Below are positions 1 through 8,476 of a DNA stretch of 32,000 nt, piece by piece; within the stretch, counting starts at the first letter, position 1, and the number at the start of each line of letters is the position of its first letter. The translations under genes were made by a program, and so were the position numbers. The notes under the pieces were generated by a model, which was given only the letters and a program-made list of their open reading frames with translations, had not been told where the DNA came from and ran no database searches. The stretch comes from Sinorhizobium meliloti (GTDB lineage Bacteria > Pseudomonadota > Alphaproteobacteria > Rhizobiales > Rhizobiaceae): NCBI RefSeq assembly GCF_017876815.1, contig NZ_JAGIOS010000001.1, positions 2,550,001-2,582,000 of the forward strand. The letters are read 5' to 3'.

Positions 1-10
1 TGAAGCAGCC

Positions 11-772
11 ATGCCAAAATTCGACTCCTACGTGATCTGCACTTCTCCGCGCAGCGGCAGTACGCTTTTGTGCAAGCTGCTGGCGGCGACGGGCATCTCC
101 GGGAACCCCGGGTCCTACTTTCATCGCCCCTCGATTGCCGAATGGCTGGCCTACTTCGAACCGGCCGCAGACGCCTCAAGGCCCGAGGCCGATATTCTGG
201 CTACGATATTTCGAGCGGCAATCGCCAAAGGAAGCGGTGATACAAGCATGTTCGGCCTGCGGCTCCAAAGACATAGCTTTGATTTCTTCGTCCAGAAACT
301 GGCAGTCCTGCACCCGGAACGCTCCAGTGATTTGCAACGAATTGAAGCGGCCTTCGGACAGACACTTTTTCTCCATCTCACTCGGCTCGACAAGGTTGAG
401 CAGGCTGTCTCGCTGGTAAAGGCCGAGCAAACCGGGCTGTGGCATGCAGCTCCGGATGGAACCGAGCTGGAACGGACCGCGCCGCCAAGTGCACCTGTTT
501 ACAACTCCGATGAAATCCGAACCTGGTACGAGAGATTTGCAGCCTATGACCAGGCCTGGAACGACTGGTTCGAAATGCAAGGAATTGAGCCCTTTCGGAT
601 CGCATATGAGGCGCTTTCAGCCGATCCCCTGGGGAGCCTGCGCAAAGTACTGAGCCGACTGGGATTGAAGTGCGAGGGCGCGAGCGGCATCACACCCGGT
701 GTGGGAAAGCTAGCCGACGCCACCAATCATGAATGGGCAATGCGTTTCCGTTTGGAGCACAATATCGCTTGA
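11..772 (+). CDS. Stf0-family (PAPS-dependent) sulfotransferase
   Basis: 253-aa ORF starting at ATG 11. The N-terminal 'YVICTSPRSGSTLLCKLL' matches the PAPS 5'-phosphosulfate-binding loop of Stf0-like sulfotransferases. Length is typical for the family. Confidence 0.75.
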   Translation: MPKFDSYVICTSPRSGSTLLCKLLAATGISGNPGSYFHRPSIAEWLAYFEPAADASRPEADILATIFRAAIAKGSGDTSMFGLRLQRHSFDFFVQKLAVLHPERSSDLQRIEAAFGQTLFLHLTRLDKVEQAVSLVKAEQTGLWHAAPDGTELERTAPPSAPVYNSDEIRTWYERFAAYDQAWNDWFEMQGIEPFRIAYEALSADPLGSLRKVLSRLGLKCEGASGITPGVGKLADATNHEWAMRFRLEHNIA

Positions 773-791
773 ATGGTTGACCCGAAGGAGT

Positions 792-1130
792 TCAGGTCAA
801 AAAGGGCATGATATCTACGCCGTCTCCTGGAAAGACTGTAATATGCGGGTGGTCCTGGAACAGCCGCGCCGCGGCCTCGATGCTTTCCGCCTCGACGACA
901 AGGTAGCCGCAAAAGGGGTTCACGGCAGCGGCGACACCGTCCTTGGTCACGCGCGTCGTCTTGCCCACCATGCCACCACGATCGAGGATGGATGCGGCGT
1001 TTCTGTCCTCCCACGCTGCCCACTGTTCCAGGCCGACGGCATCGACCGCGTCCTGCTCGGCCTTGGGCAGGCTGCGGAAAGAGGCGAGGTCTTCGGGCTT
1101 CATGGTGTACACGGCTAGAAAACGGGGCAT
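792..1130 (-). CDS. YciI-like / DGPF-domain small alpha-beta protein
   Basis: I start the frame at the internal ATG 1130 ('MPRFLAVYTMKPEDL...') rather than the track start 1190. A purine-rich RBS (AAGAGAG) lies 5 nt upstream. The C-terminal pattern 'GYLVVEAESIEAAARLFQDHPH..PGDGVDIMP' resembles YciI/DGPF proteins. Confidence 0.55.
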   Translation of the reverse strand: MPRFLAVYTMKPEDLASFRSLPKAEQDAVDAVGLEQWAAWEDRNAASILDRGGMVGKTTRVTKDGVAAAVNPFCGYLVVEAESIEAAARLFQDHPHITVFPGDGVDIMPFLT

Positions 1131-1245
1131 CGGCGCTCTCTTCGTGGTGGTAGATGGGTACAAACTTACACTCTGTGCGGCCGAAGTCACCCGCTTGCCG
1201 CCACCAATCGTGGTCGGGAGATAGGCAGCTTCCGGCCCAAACCGG

Positions 1246-1773
1246 TCATTTAGGTAGTCCCGCTTCCCATTCCGAACGGAGCATGCTCATGATTGCGGTG
1301 TCCCATCTCTCGTCACCAACTTTGACAGACGACCGCCTCACTCCCTCGTGAAAAAAACCGACCTTGTTGTAGGTTCGGATAGCGGCACTGTTCCAGCTAT
1401 ATACGTTTAGCTCAGTTCTCTCGATTTCCGGATGAGAGAATGCCTGTTCCAATGCCGCTTCCAGCAACGATTTAGCTAGTCCTTGCCCCCGCATTGTTGG
1501 CGCGACCATGACGCGGCCAATCCTTGCAACGCCATTTCTCCAGTCCACAGCTAATTGGATATGGCCTACCAGAGCTTGAGTGGCGTTAACAGCCATCCAA
1601 GATAGCCGCTTTGGTGGTGCCGTTGTCCCGTCGATGATCATCTGTTCAAGCTGATCGTCGGTGATCGGATAAGTCAGATCAGGTCCGCCCCACTGCACCA
1701 CATCGCGCTCGCTGCTGAGCCAACTGCGAAGGACTGGAAAGTGTTTTGTTTCGAAATCGATTAAATTCATCAT
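1246..1773 (-). CDS. GNAT-family N-acetyltransferase
   Basis: Acetyl-CoA motif A is present ('VAPTMRGQGLAKSLLEAALEQAF', R-x-x-G-x-G/A). The likely start is ATG 1773 (MMNLIDF); the track's 1824 start is a GTG extension. Confidence 0.8.
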   Translation of the reverse strand: MMNLIDFETKHFPVLRSWLSSERDVVQWGGPDLTYPITDDQLEQMIIDGTTAPPKRLSWMAVNATQALVGHIQLAVDWRNGVARIGRVMVAPTMRGQGLAKSLLEAALEQAFSHPEIERTELNVYSWNSAAIRTYNKVGFFHEGVRRSSVKVGDERWDTAIMSMLRSEWEAGLPK

Positions 1774-1872
1774 CTGCTCATTACAAACCGAACCGAGATT
1801 AAGCCTATAGCTTGAGACATCCACAGCGCAATGACCGCTGTTGGCGCATAAAAGCCATGCCGGAAGTGGGCT

Positions 1873-2508
1873 CTAGTCTGTATTCTTCGGGCATAAATCT
1901 TCAATCGCTGCCAACCTAGCGAAAAGCATACTTCCCTGTTGCCAGTGTATGGCATTCCAGCCGCAGAGTCGTGCGGCATCAATATTTGCGGGCGGATCGT
2001 CGACTAGAAGTAATTGGTCTGGCCTAAGACCTGAAAGGGCAGCCACTTGTTTGAAAAAGGCTTGATCGGGTTTGCGGCTTCCTAAGGCTGCCGAATAATA
2101 GATGCCGTCACAATGGCTGCCAAGCCCAAGTGCTTCAACGAGATGCGCCGCCCGGACGTGCTCTTGGTCAGTTGCCAGATAGACTCTTTTTCCGGCCTTG
2201 CGCTGCTGACGGAGTTCTTCAAGCAGCTTAATATTCAGCCGTGCATCGTTCTCGAACCAGTAGGCAATGAAGTCATCGTAGGGGAGATGGGGAGCAATCT
2301 TTGCCAGGACCGGCTTCAGATGATCGACCGGCGCCGCCCGCCCAAGAACGATCTCGTTCCAGTAAGGAGAGAAAAACTCTTGCTGAAGGGCCGCAACTGA
2401 CAGCCCGAGATCATCCTCAATGGTCGATGCCCACGGCCTTCCGTCGGAAGGGCGGCCGCAAACCAAGACGCCTTCCACATCGATCATCAACGCTCTGATC
2501 AAGGACAT
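1873..2508 (-). CDS. HAD-superfamily hydrolase
   Basis: 211-aa ORF with an N-terminal motif I-like 'LMIDVEGVL' and late 'LLVDD' (motif IV-like) elements. ATG at 2508. Confidence 0.7.
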   Translation of the reverse strand: MSLIRALMIDVEGVLVCGRPSDGRPWASTIEDDLGLSVAALQQEFFSPYWNEIVLGRAAPVDHLKPVLAKIAPHLPYDDFIAYWFENDARLNIKLLEELRQQRKAGKRVYLATDQEHVRAAHLVEALGLGSHCDGIYYSAALGSRKPDQAFFKQVAALSGLRPDQLLLVDDPPANIDAARLCGWNAIHWQQGSMLFARLAAIEDLCPKNTD

Positions 2509-2554
2509 CTACCCCTCCGACGGTTCGGTGGTATTATGTGATTGCCCGAAGCCG

Positions 2555-3124
2555 TCATCGCTGTTGAGTGAAAGGCTGAAGCATTAAATCCATCTCGCGA
2601 TGAGACCGGAGCACGGCCACAGGAACAGTAGGCCCGTGTTGGTCGATTTGTTTGATAAAAAGAGGCGCGTAACGCTTTTCGAAGTTCCAGATGTAGGAGA
2701 GAAAATCCATATCAGGCAAGGGCTCTGGACAACCCTCAGCCATTTCCGGTCGGACTGACCCATAGTATCGGAAAACACGCTTAAATAGCCCGAGAAGAGC
2801 GACGCGTCTTGGGACTCGAACCCACAAGACTAAATCGGTTCGCACAAGTCTGATGTCGAACGAAGATGCTCCACTGCCGTCCATGACCCATCGCTCGCGC
2901 CGAGCCAACTGCTCAATTATCGCTCGTTGTCCAGCTCGATCACGCTCTACCCATCCCGGAAGCCATCGCACGTCTCGGTCCAGCGACTGAAATTCAAGGT
3001 CGCGACACGCTGCGATCTTCGCAGAGAACGTCGTTTTGCCGCCGCCTGAACACCCGATTACCAATACGCGCTTGGCGTTCGCAAGTAGGCTTACCGCTTC
3101 CTCGGAAGAAACGTGCCGTGGCAT
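2555..3124 (-). CDS. P-loop kinase of the adenylate-kinase-like 'topology modulation protein' family
   Basis: Walker A 'VIGCSGGGKTTF'. The segments 'WLPGWVERDR', 'RWVMDGSG' and 'RPEMAEGCPEPL..DFLSYIWNF' match the conserved layout of this COG0563-type family. Confidence 0.75.
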   Translation of the reverse strand: MPRHVSSEEAVSLLANAKRVLVIGCSGGGKTTFSAKIAACRDLEFQSLDRDVRWLPGWVERDRAGQRAIIEQLARRERWVMDGSGASSFDIRLVRTDLVLWVRVPRRVALLGLFKRVFRYYGSVRPEMAEGCPEPLPDMDFLSYIWNFEKRYAPLFIKQIDQHGPTVPVAVLRSHREMDLMLQPFTQQR

Positions 3125-3255
3125 CTACGCGACCTCCAAACACACGTGCTACAAGGTTTGTTTATTCGTTTAGCGGGACGAAGCAATGTCCTGTGTTGGC
3201 GCTGTACTACTGAGGCGGAAGTCGATTGAAGGCAAGCCTCATGTGCAACGAGGGG

Positions 3256-3876
3256 CTACTTCGTTTTGCCTTCTAACGAAGAAACGAAGCGATCAAACAC
3301 GTTGATGTCGTAGCGGAGTTCATTGAGCGGAATAACGTCGGGAGGCAGGCCGTCATCCGGCAACGTCAAAAGCACTCGACCACCTAATGCCTTTTCCAGA
3401 AGTTCATACCAGTGGACGAGGAATGGCTGTAAGCGAAAGTGCAGTTCGAAACGATCCCGCACGCGGCAGGTGTCTTCCTCACATTGTTGTTTAGCTGTCT
3501 GGTAGTCGATGACCTTGACGAAATAAGCATCGGCGAACCCCAGCTGTTTTTCCTGGAGCGCGGTTCTCGTTGCCTGGAGTTGAAGTTCCCATTGGCGTTT
3601 CGGGAGTGCGCCGATCTGGCAAAGGCACCAGGAATAGTGCAGCTTCAAGGGGTCTGTGTCGCAGATAGCCAGACCCTTCCCCCGTTCCATCTGGAGCGCA
3701 TCGCCCCATCTTTTCGCATTCCAGTCCGTCCAGTACTGAGCGGTTTCTATGCCAGTAAGGGGCTGAGCCTTTCGATCGGCCGGAAACGTCTCGGGTATCA
3801 GGTTCGATTGACCGTGCGATTTGCACCAGGTGGTCTTACCAGCCGCACTGATGCCTTCCACGACAATAATCATCAT
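3256..3876 (-). CDS. P-loop NTPase / kinase-like protein, substrate unknown
   Basis: 206-aa ORF. Walker A 'VEGISAAGKTTW' sits at the extreme N-terminus, as in small-molecule or nucleoside kinases. No further family assignment is possible by eye. Confidence 0.6.
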   Translation of the reverse strand: MMIIVVEGISAAGKTTWCKSHGQSNLIPETFPADRKAQPLTGIETAQYWTDWNAKRWGDALQMERGKGLAICDTDPLKLHYSWCLCQIGALPKRQWELQLQATRTALQEKQLGFADAYFVKVIDYQTAKQQCEEDTCRVRDRFELHFRLQPFLVHWYELLEKALGGRVLLTLPDDGLPPDVIPLNELRYDINVFDRFVSSLEGKTK

Positions 3877-3997
3877 CTAGCTCCGGTCACCACTTCGACC
3901 ATATCGCCTTCCATCGCAGGGCCGCAATGGCTGGTGATGGCGCAATCCGGCCGACGTGCTCGTCATCTGTCCGCCGCAAGCGGTCAATCAAGCCGGA

Positions 3998-5092
3998 TCA
4001 ATTTATGAGCGGAAATGCGCTCAAGGCGCTTGGGATCGTGACCGGGACCGCTGGATACAGATATGATCGATCCAAGTCGCCAATAGTCGGCACACCAAGC
4101 AGAGCCATGGAACGCAGCATCTCGTCTTCAATCAGCTCAAGCATGCGAATTATTGCTGCCTCGCCCCCCGCCGCCAATGCATAGCACTGCATGCGACCAA
4201 GACCAACGAGGTTTGCGCCTATTGCTAGTGCCTTTATGATGTCCGTCCCACGACAGAACCCTCCGTCGACCATCACCTTTGCTTGGCCGCCCACGGCGTC
4301 GATGATTTCTGGCAGTACATCCATCGTACCTCGGCCATGGTCGAGCTGGCGGCCACCATGGTTCGAAACATAAATCCAGTCCACGCCATGATCGACTGCG
4401 ATACGAGCGTCCTCGACTGTGGCAATTCCTTTCAGCACGAGTGGAATGTCGTAGGAGTCCTTGATCAACTTGACGGTCCGCCAATCGAGACCGGCCTGGT
4501 ACGCCTGACCAGGCCACTTTCCTAATCCAGCCGTCCGATGTCGATTGGCAATATCGCGGTCGCGGCGAGCGAGGACGGCGCTATCGACAGTTAGGCAGAT
4601 TGCGGCACAGCCGGATGCCAGCGCACGACCAACGTATTTATGGACGGAGGCATCGTCGCCTCTGACGTAGAGTTGCGCCATTCGTAGTGCTGAAGGGGCC
4701 GCCTCGGCGACGGACTCGAGTGGTGTGCATCCCGAACTGAGCATATGGGCGACCCCGAACACCTGAGCGCCTGATGCCACGGCTGCCCCTCCACCTGGGC
4801 CGAACAGGTTCAGCGGACCGGTGGGAGCAAGAAAGATTGGCAAGCGCAACCTTCGACCGAAATGCTCAATCGAGAGGTCTACCACGCTCACATTACGCAG
4901 CACACGCGGCTTGAAGGCAATGGAATCGATTGCCAAGCGGTTGCGTTTGAGGGTCGTTTCGGTTTCCGCCCCACCTACGAGGCTATCCCATTTTTCCTTT
5001 GATAGAGCTCCTTGGGCCTTCTGTATGATCTCTTGCAAGCTCTCGAAGTCGCCCAAATGGGGAGGGCATGTAGCTTCCTCGCCTTTGCTCAT
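3998..5092 (-). CDS. FMN-dependent alpha-hydroxy acid dehydrogenase/oxidase (glycolate oxidase / LldD family)
   Basis: 364-aa ORF with the catalytic signature 'IYVSNHGGRQLD', the 'LVLKGI' barrel strand and the phosphate-binding 'VMVDGGFCRGTDIIKALAIGA'. Confidence 0.85.
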   Translation of the reverse strand: MSKGEEATCPPHLGDFESLQEIIQKAQGALSKEKWDSLVGGAETETTLKRNRLAIDSIAFKPRVLRNVSVVDLSIEHFGRRLRLPIFLAPTGPLNLFGPGGGAAVASGAQVFGVAHMLSSGCTPLESVAEAAPSALRMAQLYVRGDDASVHKYVGRALASGCAAICLTVDSAVLARRDRDIANRHRTAGLGKWPGQAYQAGLDWRTVKLIKDSYDIPLVLKGIATVEDARIAVDHGVDWIYVSNHGGRQLDHGRGTMDVLPEIIDAVGGQAKVMVDGGFCRGTDIIKALAIGANLVGLGRMQCYALAAGGEAAIIRMLELIEDEMLRSMALLGVPTIGDLDRSYLYPAVPVTIPSALSAFPLIN

Positions 5093-5225
5093 CGCGCACC
5101 CCGATCGAGTGATTCCGGAGACAATTCGCCCAATACGACGTGGTGTTCAATTCGCAAGATCGCAGACGAGGCCAGAATTTACAATCTGCTATGACCGCTG
5201 TTGGTGCAATCCGGTCGGTTACCGA

Positions 5226-5855
5226 TTATCGAAGAAGTCCATCGCGTCCGAACTCCTCCCACCCGGCCAGGTTGGAGGCGGCGTCGCCGTGTTCGGTTTC
5301 GGAATTTGACCCGCCCTTGGTGGTGTTTCTCAACGTCCGCGTCAACTTCGCCTTGTACGCAGCCCGTCTGCGATTTTCGGCGGCAGCCGCCGCGTCTTCC
5401 TCGCGCCAATCTTCGACGACGCCTCGATCGAGAATGTCTCCGACAATCCTCGGGTCGAAGACGTGAAATGTTATCTTCCTGGCGCGCCCGCGCAGCTTGA
5501 CCGTTCGCGTTCCGGCGCTTGGCAAGCGACCGTCGGCCAGCCAGCGATGTCTTTCGCTCGTCTTGATCGCAAGGATGTCCTCGATCTCGCGCGGAATCAC
5601 CGGAAGGGTCTCGATGTCTACCAACGCCTTGACGACGACAGCCGATGCGGCATGGAATTCAGCCTTCTCGCTTGCGGGCATCATAAGCGTGAGCTCGCGA
5701 CCATCGAGATTGAGCGACTTCTTCGTGGCATGCGGAAGCCGCGCGCGAATTTCCAGAAGGATGCCCTTCATGCGGACAGATGAACCCAATGTTGCCGCTG
5801 GCGGCAGCACCCATGTCTTAAGCAGCTCGATGTGGTTCTTGTCGTGTTTCGGCAT
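5226..5855 (-). CDS. hypothetical protein (no recognisable family)
   Basis: 209-aa ORF with high third-position GC by eye, and composition unlike the R/A/P-rich artefact frames. The C-terminal half is charged and probably helical. The RBS is distant, so the start is uncertain. Confidence 0.55.
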   Translation of the reverse strand: MPKHDKNHIELLKTWVLPPAATLGSSVRMKGILLEIRARLPHATKKSLNLDGRELTLMMPASEKAEFHAASAVVVKALVDIETLPVIPREIEDILAIKTSERHRWLADGRLPSAGTRTVKLRGRARKITFHVFDPRIVGDILDRGVVEDWREEDAAAAAENRRRAAYKAKLTRTLRNTTKGGSNSETEHGDAASNLAGWEEFGRDGLLR

Positions 5856-5979
5856 GACGCCTAGATGGGTCGCTTCCTTTAGATCGTCAATGACGTCATG
5901 CTGTTGGAGACAGAGCGTCCTCTAGGGTCAAGCCGAAAAATGTGGTAAGCGCCAGCCAACCAGCAATAACAGGAGTGTA

Positions 5980-6216
5980 ATGGTGAGCGAACCGACCGTC
6001 GCGGATGCAACAAACCGCATTTATGAATCGCTCCAAGCGGACAATGCCGACCTCGACGCGCATATCGCGACCCTCAAGGCAGCGTTGGCGCGGGAGGGGT
6101 TGAAAGAGGCCGTCTTTGACCCGGCTAGGCTCGCGCAGAACAACCGTTCTGGCAGGAAGCTGATGCAGGCCTACTTTCGGCAGCGCGGCGTAACGGTCAA
6201 ATACTCGGCTTCGTGA
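5980..6216 (+). CDS. hypothetical small protein (78 aa)
   Basis: ATG 5980 is preceded by AGGAG (5971-5975). The composition looks coding. It is divergent from 5226..5855. Confidence 0.5.
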   Translation: MVSEPTVADATNRIYESLQADNADLDAHIATLKAALAREGLKEAVFDPARLAQNNRSGRKLMQAYFRQRGVTVKYSAS

Positions 6217-6318
6217 AGCCGTCCCATGTCGTCAGACAGGCCGTAGTAGACGGTTGACCTGATCACCCAGCTTTGGCCTTCGAACGCGAATTGCTGACCG
6301 ATCAGCAAGCAAGGCTTC

Positions 6319-6810
6319 ATGACCATCATGTCCCAACCACAGCGGCAGCTTTACGCCATCTCTGACCTTCGTGATCAGCCTGCCTTCTGCGCAACGGTCG
6401 CGGACCGGATTTGGAGGGCCTGGTGGCAAGGAGCAGGCCATCCACTGGAACACGTGACAGACCACATGCAGGAAATGCTGAACGACAACGCGCTGCCCTT
6501 CGGTCTCGTGGCCCATGATGGGGGGCGATATCTCGGATCGACGCTCATTATCTCCTGCGACCTGGACGAGCGCCCGCAATACGCTCCTTGGGTGGCTGCC
6601 GTGTGGGTCGAGGCCGAACATCGGGGTAGGGGAATAGGCAGAGCTCTCGTCGGACGCGCAGCCGAGGCGGCGTTCGATCTGGGCCACGACATCGCCTATC
6701 TCTGCGCGTTGCCGGGAAGGCGTTCCTTCTACGAAGGATTCGGATGGCGTCGCCTCGAAGAAAACGTCGGTCCGCATGGACTGACGGTTCTTACGCGTTC
6801 CCGCGAGTAA
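6319..6810 (+). CDS. GNAT-family N-acetyltransferase
   Basis: Motif A 'VWVEAEHRGRGIGRALVGRAAEAAF', followed by 'FYEGFGW' typical of the GNAT C-terminus. Confidence 0.8.
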   Translation: MTIMSQPQRQLYAISDLRDQPAFCATVADRIWRAWWQGAGHPLEHVTDHMQEMLNDNALPFGLVAHDGGRYLGSTLIISCDLDERPQYAPWVAAVWVEAEHRGRGIGRALVGRAAEAAFDLGHDIAYLCALPGRRSFYEGFGWRRLEENVGPHGLTVLTRSRE

Positions 6811-6959
6811 GCTCCAATTTCGACCCGTTGGAGACGTTCCCCCAAAGCAGCTTATCGCTGCGAACGCGGCGGTTACCCACCACGCCTCGATGCAGGCCAT
6901 GGATGGGCCAAAACGACGATGATCTTGTGCTCGCTCGTTCGCGGATGGAGGAGAACTTC

Positions 6960-7099
6960 CTAACCTAAGCTTCCCCGTAACCTTCCGGAGCGATGACGCT
7001 GAGGGAACTGGCTTAGATGTTCGTGAATGATCTTCCAGACATTCGCTTCTCTACGAAGGATAATTGTTCCTCGCCCACCGCCTTCCAGAGCGCTACCAT
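6960..7099 (-). pseudogene. possible C-terminal remnant of a SnoaL/NTF2-like (DUF4440-type) protein
   Basis: The track ORF 6960..7175 reads '...GGGRGTIILRREANVWKIIHEHLSQ'. This is the typical last strand pair of NTF2-like proteins ('..G.WKIVHEH.S'). There is no room for the N-terminal ~80 aa because AAC(3) occupies that space. Confidence 0.3.
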
Positions 7100-7918
7100 T
7101 TAAAACTGCCCTCCACCGGAAGTGCTGCGGGGAGCGCAGCCTGCCGATTGGCGTGCTGCATCGCATTCTTCGCACCCTGCCTCTATCGGATGCAGGAAGA
7201 CGAGTGGATCGCGGGCCAGTCGATCCGAGGCTATCCTCACGATGTCGCGGGAGCGGATCAGGCGAGCATGGGCATGGCCGACCTGGCCTTCCCGCTGCAA
7301 GCCCTCTCGCCTCAGCCAGGCGTCGGCGAGGTTAAAGTTCTGGCAGCAGTGATCGTTCTCGCGATAGTCGACGCGGATCGGCTTGCCGTTATCGAGGACC
7401 GTACAGTGTCTCGGCACCCCATAGGGAACCTTCGCGATCAGCTCGGCGAGATGCAGCGTGGTGTCCGAATCGTGTTCGACACCGAGGAGGAGCACTTGTC
7501 CATCGAGTTCATGGATACGCCCTATCGGACTTGCGGGAGCGTGCGGGGGCAGGGGCAGGCTGTCTGATGTGATGCGTGCGGCAAGCGGGCCCGTTGCCGC
7601 AAACGCGAACGGATGGTCGCTGCGCGTCACATTCTCCAGACGCCAGAAGGTGTCGGCGACTATTCCAAGGTCGGGTGTGGCAGGTGTCGCCGCCGGGTCG
7701 AACGGCTCGTCGTCGAGACCCGACCATGATGGCATGACGAGCGTGCCCTCCGGACCAATGGCGGCGCGCAGAGCGGCAATCACGCCAGGCGGCCCGCCTT
7801 CGACAGGCCGGACGCTGCGAAAGGAACAGTGAACGAGCAGGACGCCTCCAGGCTTCACCCCGAGCGCAATGAGTTGGTCAACGATTTCCGAAGCCCGCCA
7901 TTCATTTTGTTGCGTCAT
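7100..7918 (-). CDS. aminoglycoside 3-N-acetyltransferase, AAC(3) family
   Basis: 'LGVKPGGVLLVHCSFRSVRPVEGGPPGVIAALRAAIGPEGTLVMPSWSG' and the C-terminal 'HPIEAGCEECDAAR' are AAC(3) hallmarks. The start is set at ATG 7918 (MTQQNEW), because the track's 7984 start is a TTG extension. Confidence 0.85.
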   Translation of the reverse strand: MTQQNEWRASEIVDQLIALGVKPGGVLLVHCSFRSVRPVEGGPPGVIAALRAAIGPEGTLVMPSWSGLDDEPFDPAATPATPDLGIVADTFWRLENVTRSDHPFAFAATGPLAARITSDSLPLPPHAPASPIGRIHELDGQVLLLGVEHDSDTTLHLAELIAKVPYGVPRHCTVLDNGKPIRVDYRENDHCCQNFNLADAWLRREGLQREGQVGHAHARLIRSRDIVRIASDRLARDPLVFLHPIEAGCEECDAARQSAGCAPRSTSGGGQF

Positions 7919-8476
7919 GGATTGCCTATTGGTAACCAGCGTGGGCTGGCATTCGACAGCAAAAAGCGCGCTTGTTTGGGCCAAGCGCGCTCCGGCGAAC
8001 GATCTGCAGCGGGGTTACGGCACCCTCGATCGAGCCCGTTGATAATAGCATCAAAACGGCCGGCGAACAACGATGCGGAAGCTCCGCGGACGCCGCTCGG
8101 GTTGCGCCCTTTGCAGATATAGGCGGCCATGAGTTGCCATGTTCCGGCTTTTCGAGCATCTTCGCATTCGGGCTGCATGCGTTGCCGCATCGGGCTGGGA
8201 AGTGAACAATGGGACGGGCAGGTATGGCTCCGGGCGTCGCAGCCGCACATCCGGAGGTATGAACCGTGCCAATCGGTGGCGGATGCCTGCAGAGATCGCG
8301 GGCATGCTCGGCGTCCTCTTTCCATTCTCCAGCGATGAGCCGTGGGGCGGGGATTGGTTGCAGCGTGCGCTTTGATGTTCGTGCCGAAGGGGCAGGAGAG
8401 GGTTGGGTGAACGAGATGTCGACGGTCTCGCCGGTCGCCGGCGGCGCTTCCACTATTCGAGCCATTTGAGGTTTTC

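Noticed and set aside
773-800. TTGACC..GGTCAA hairpin between the convergent Stf0 and YciI-like genes as a terminator
   Set aside because: The stem has only 6 bp with a 12-nt loop and overlaps the stop codon of the minus-strand gene, which is too weak to annotate.
2476-2496. HAD motif I reads D-V-E-G instead of D-x-D-x
   Set aside because: Replacement of the second Asp by Glu is conservative, and non-phosphatase HAD members also lack that Asp. This is not enough to claim anything unusual.
6232-6900. 222-aa minus-strand ORF
   Set aside because: It is antisense to the GNAT gene at 6319..6810, which carries the acetyl-CoA motif.
8416-8469. 17-codon uORF (MSTVSPVAGGASTIRAI) ending inside the regulator's RBS
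   Set aside because: It could be a leader peptide, but it has no RBS of its own and no independent support. Such short ORFs are common by chance.
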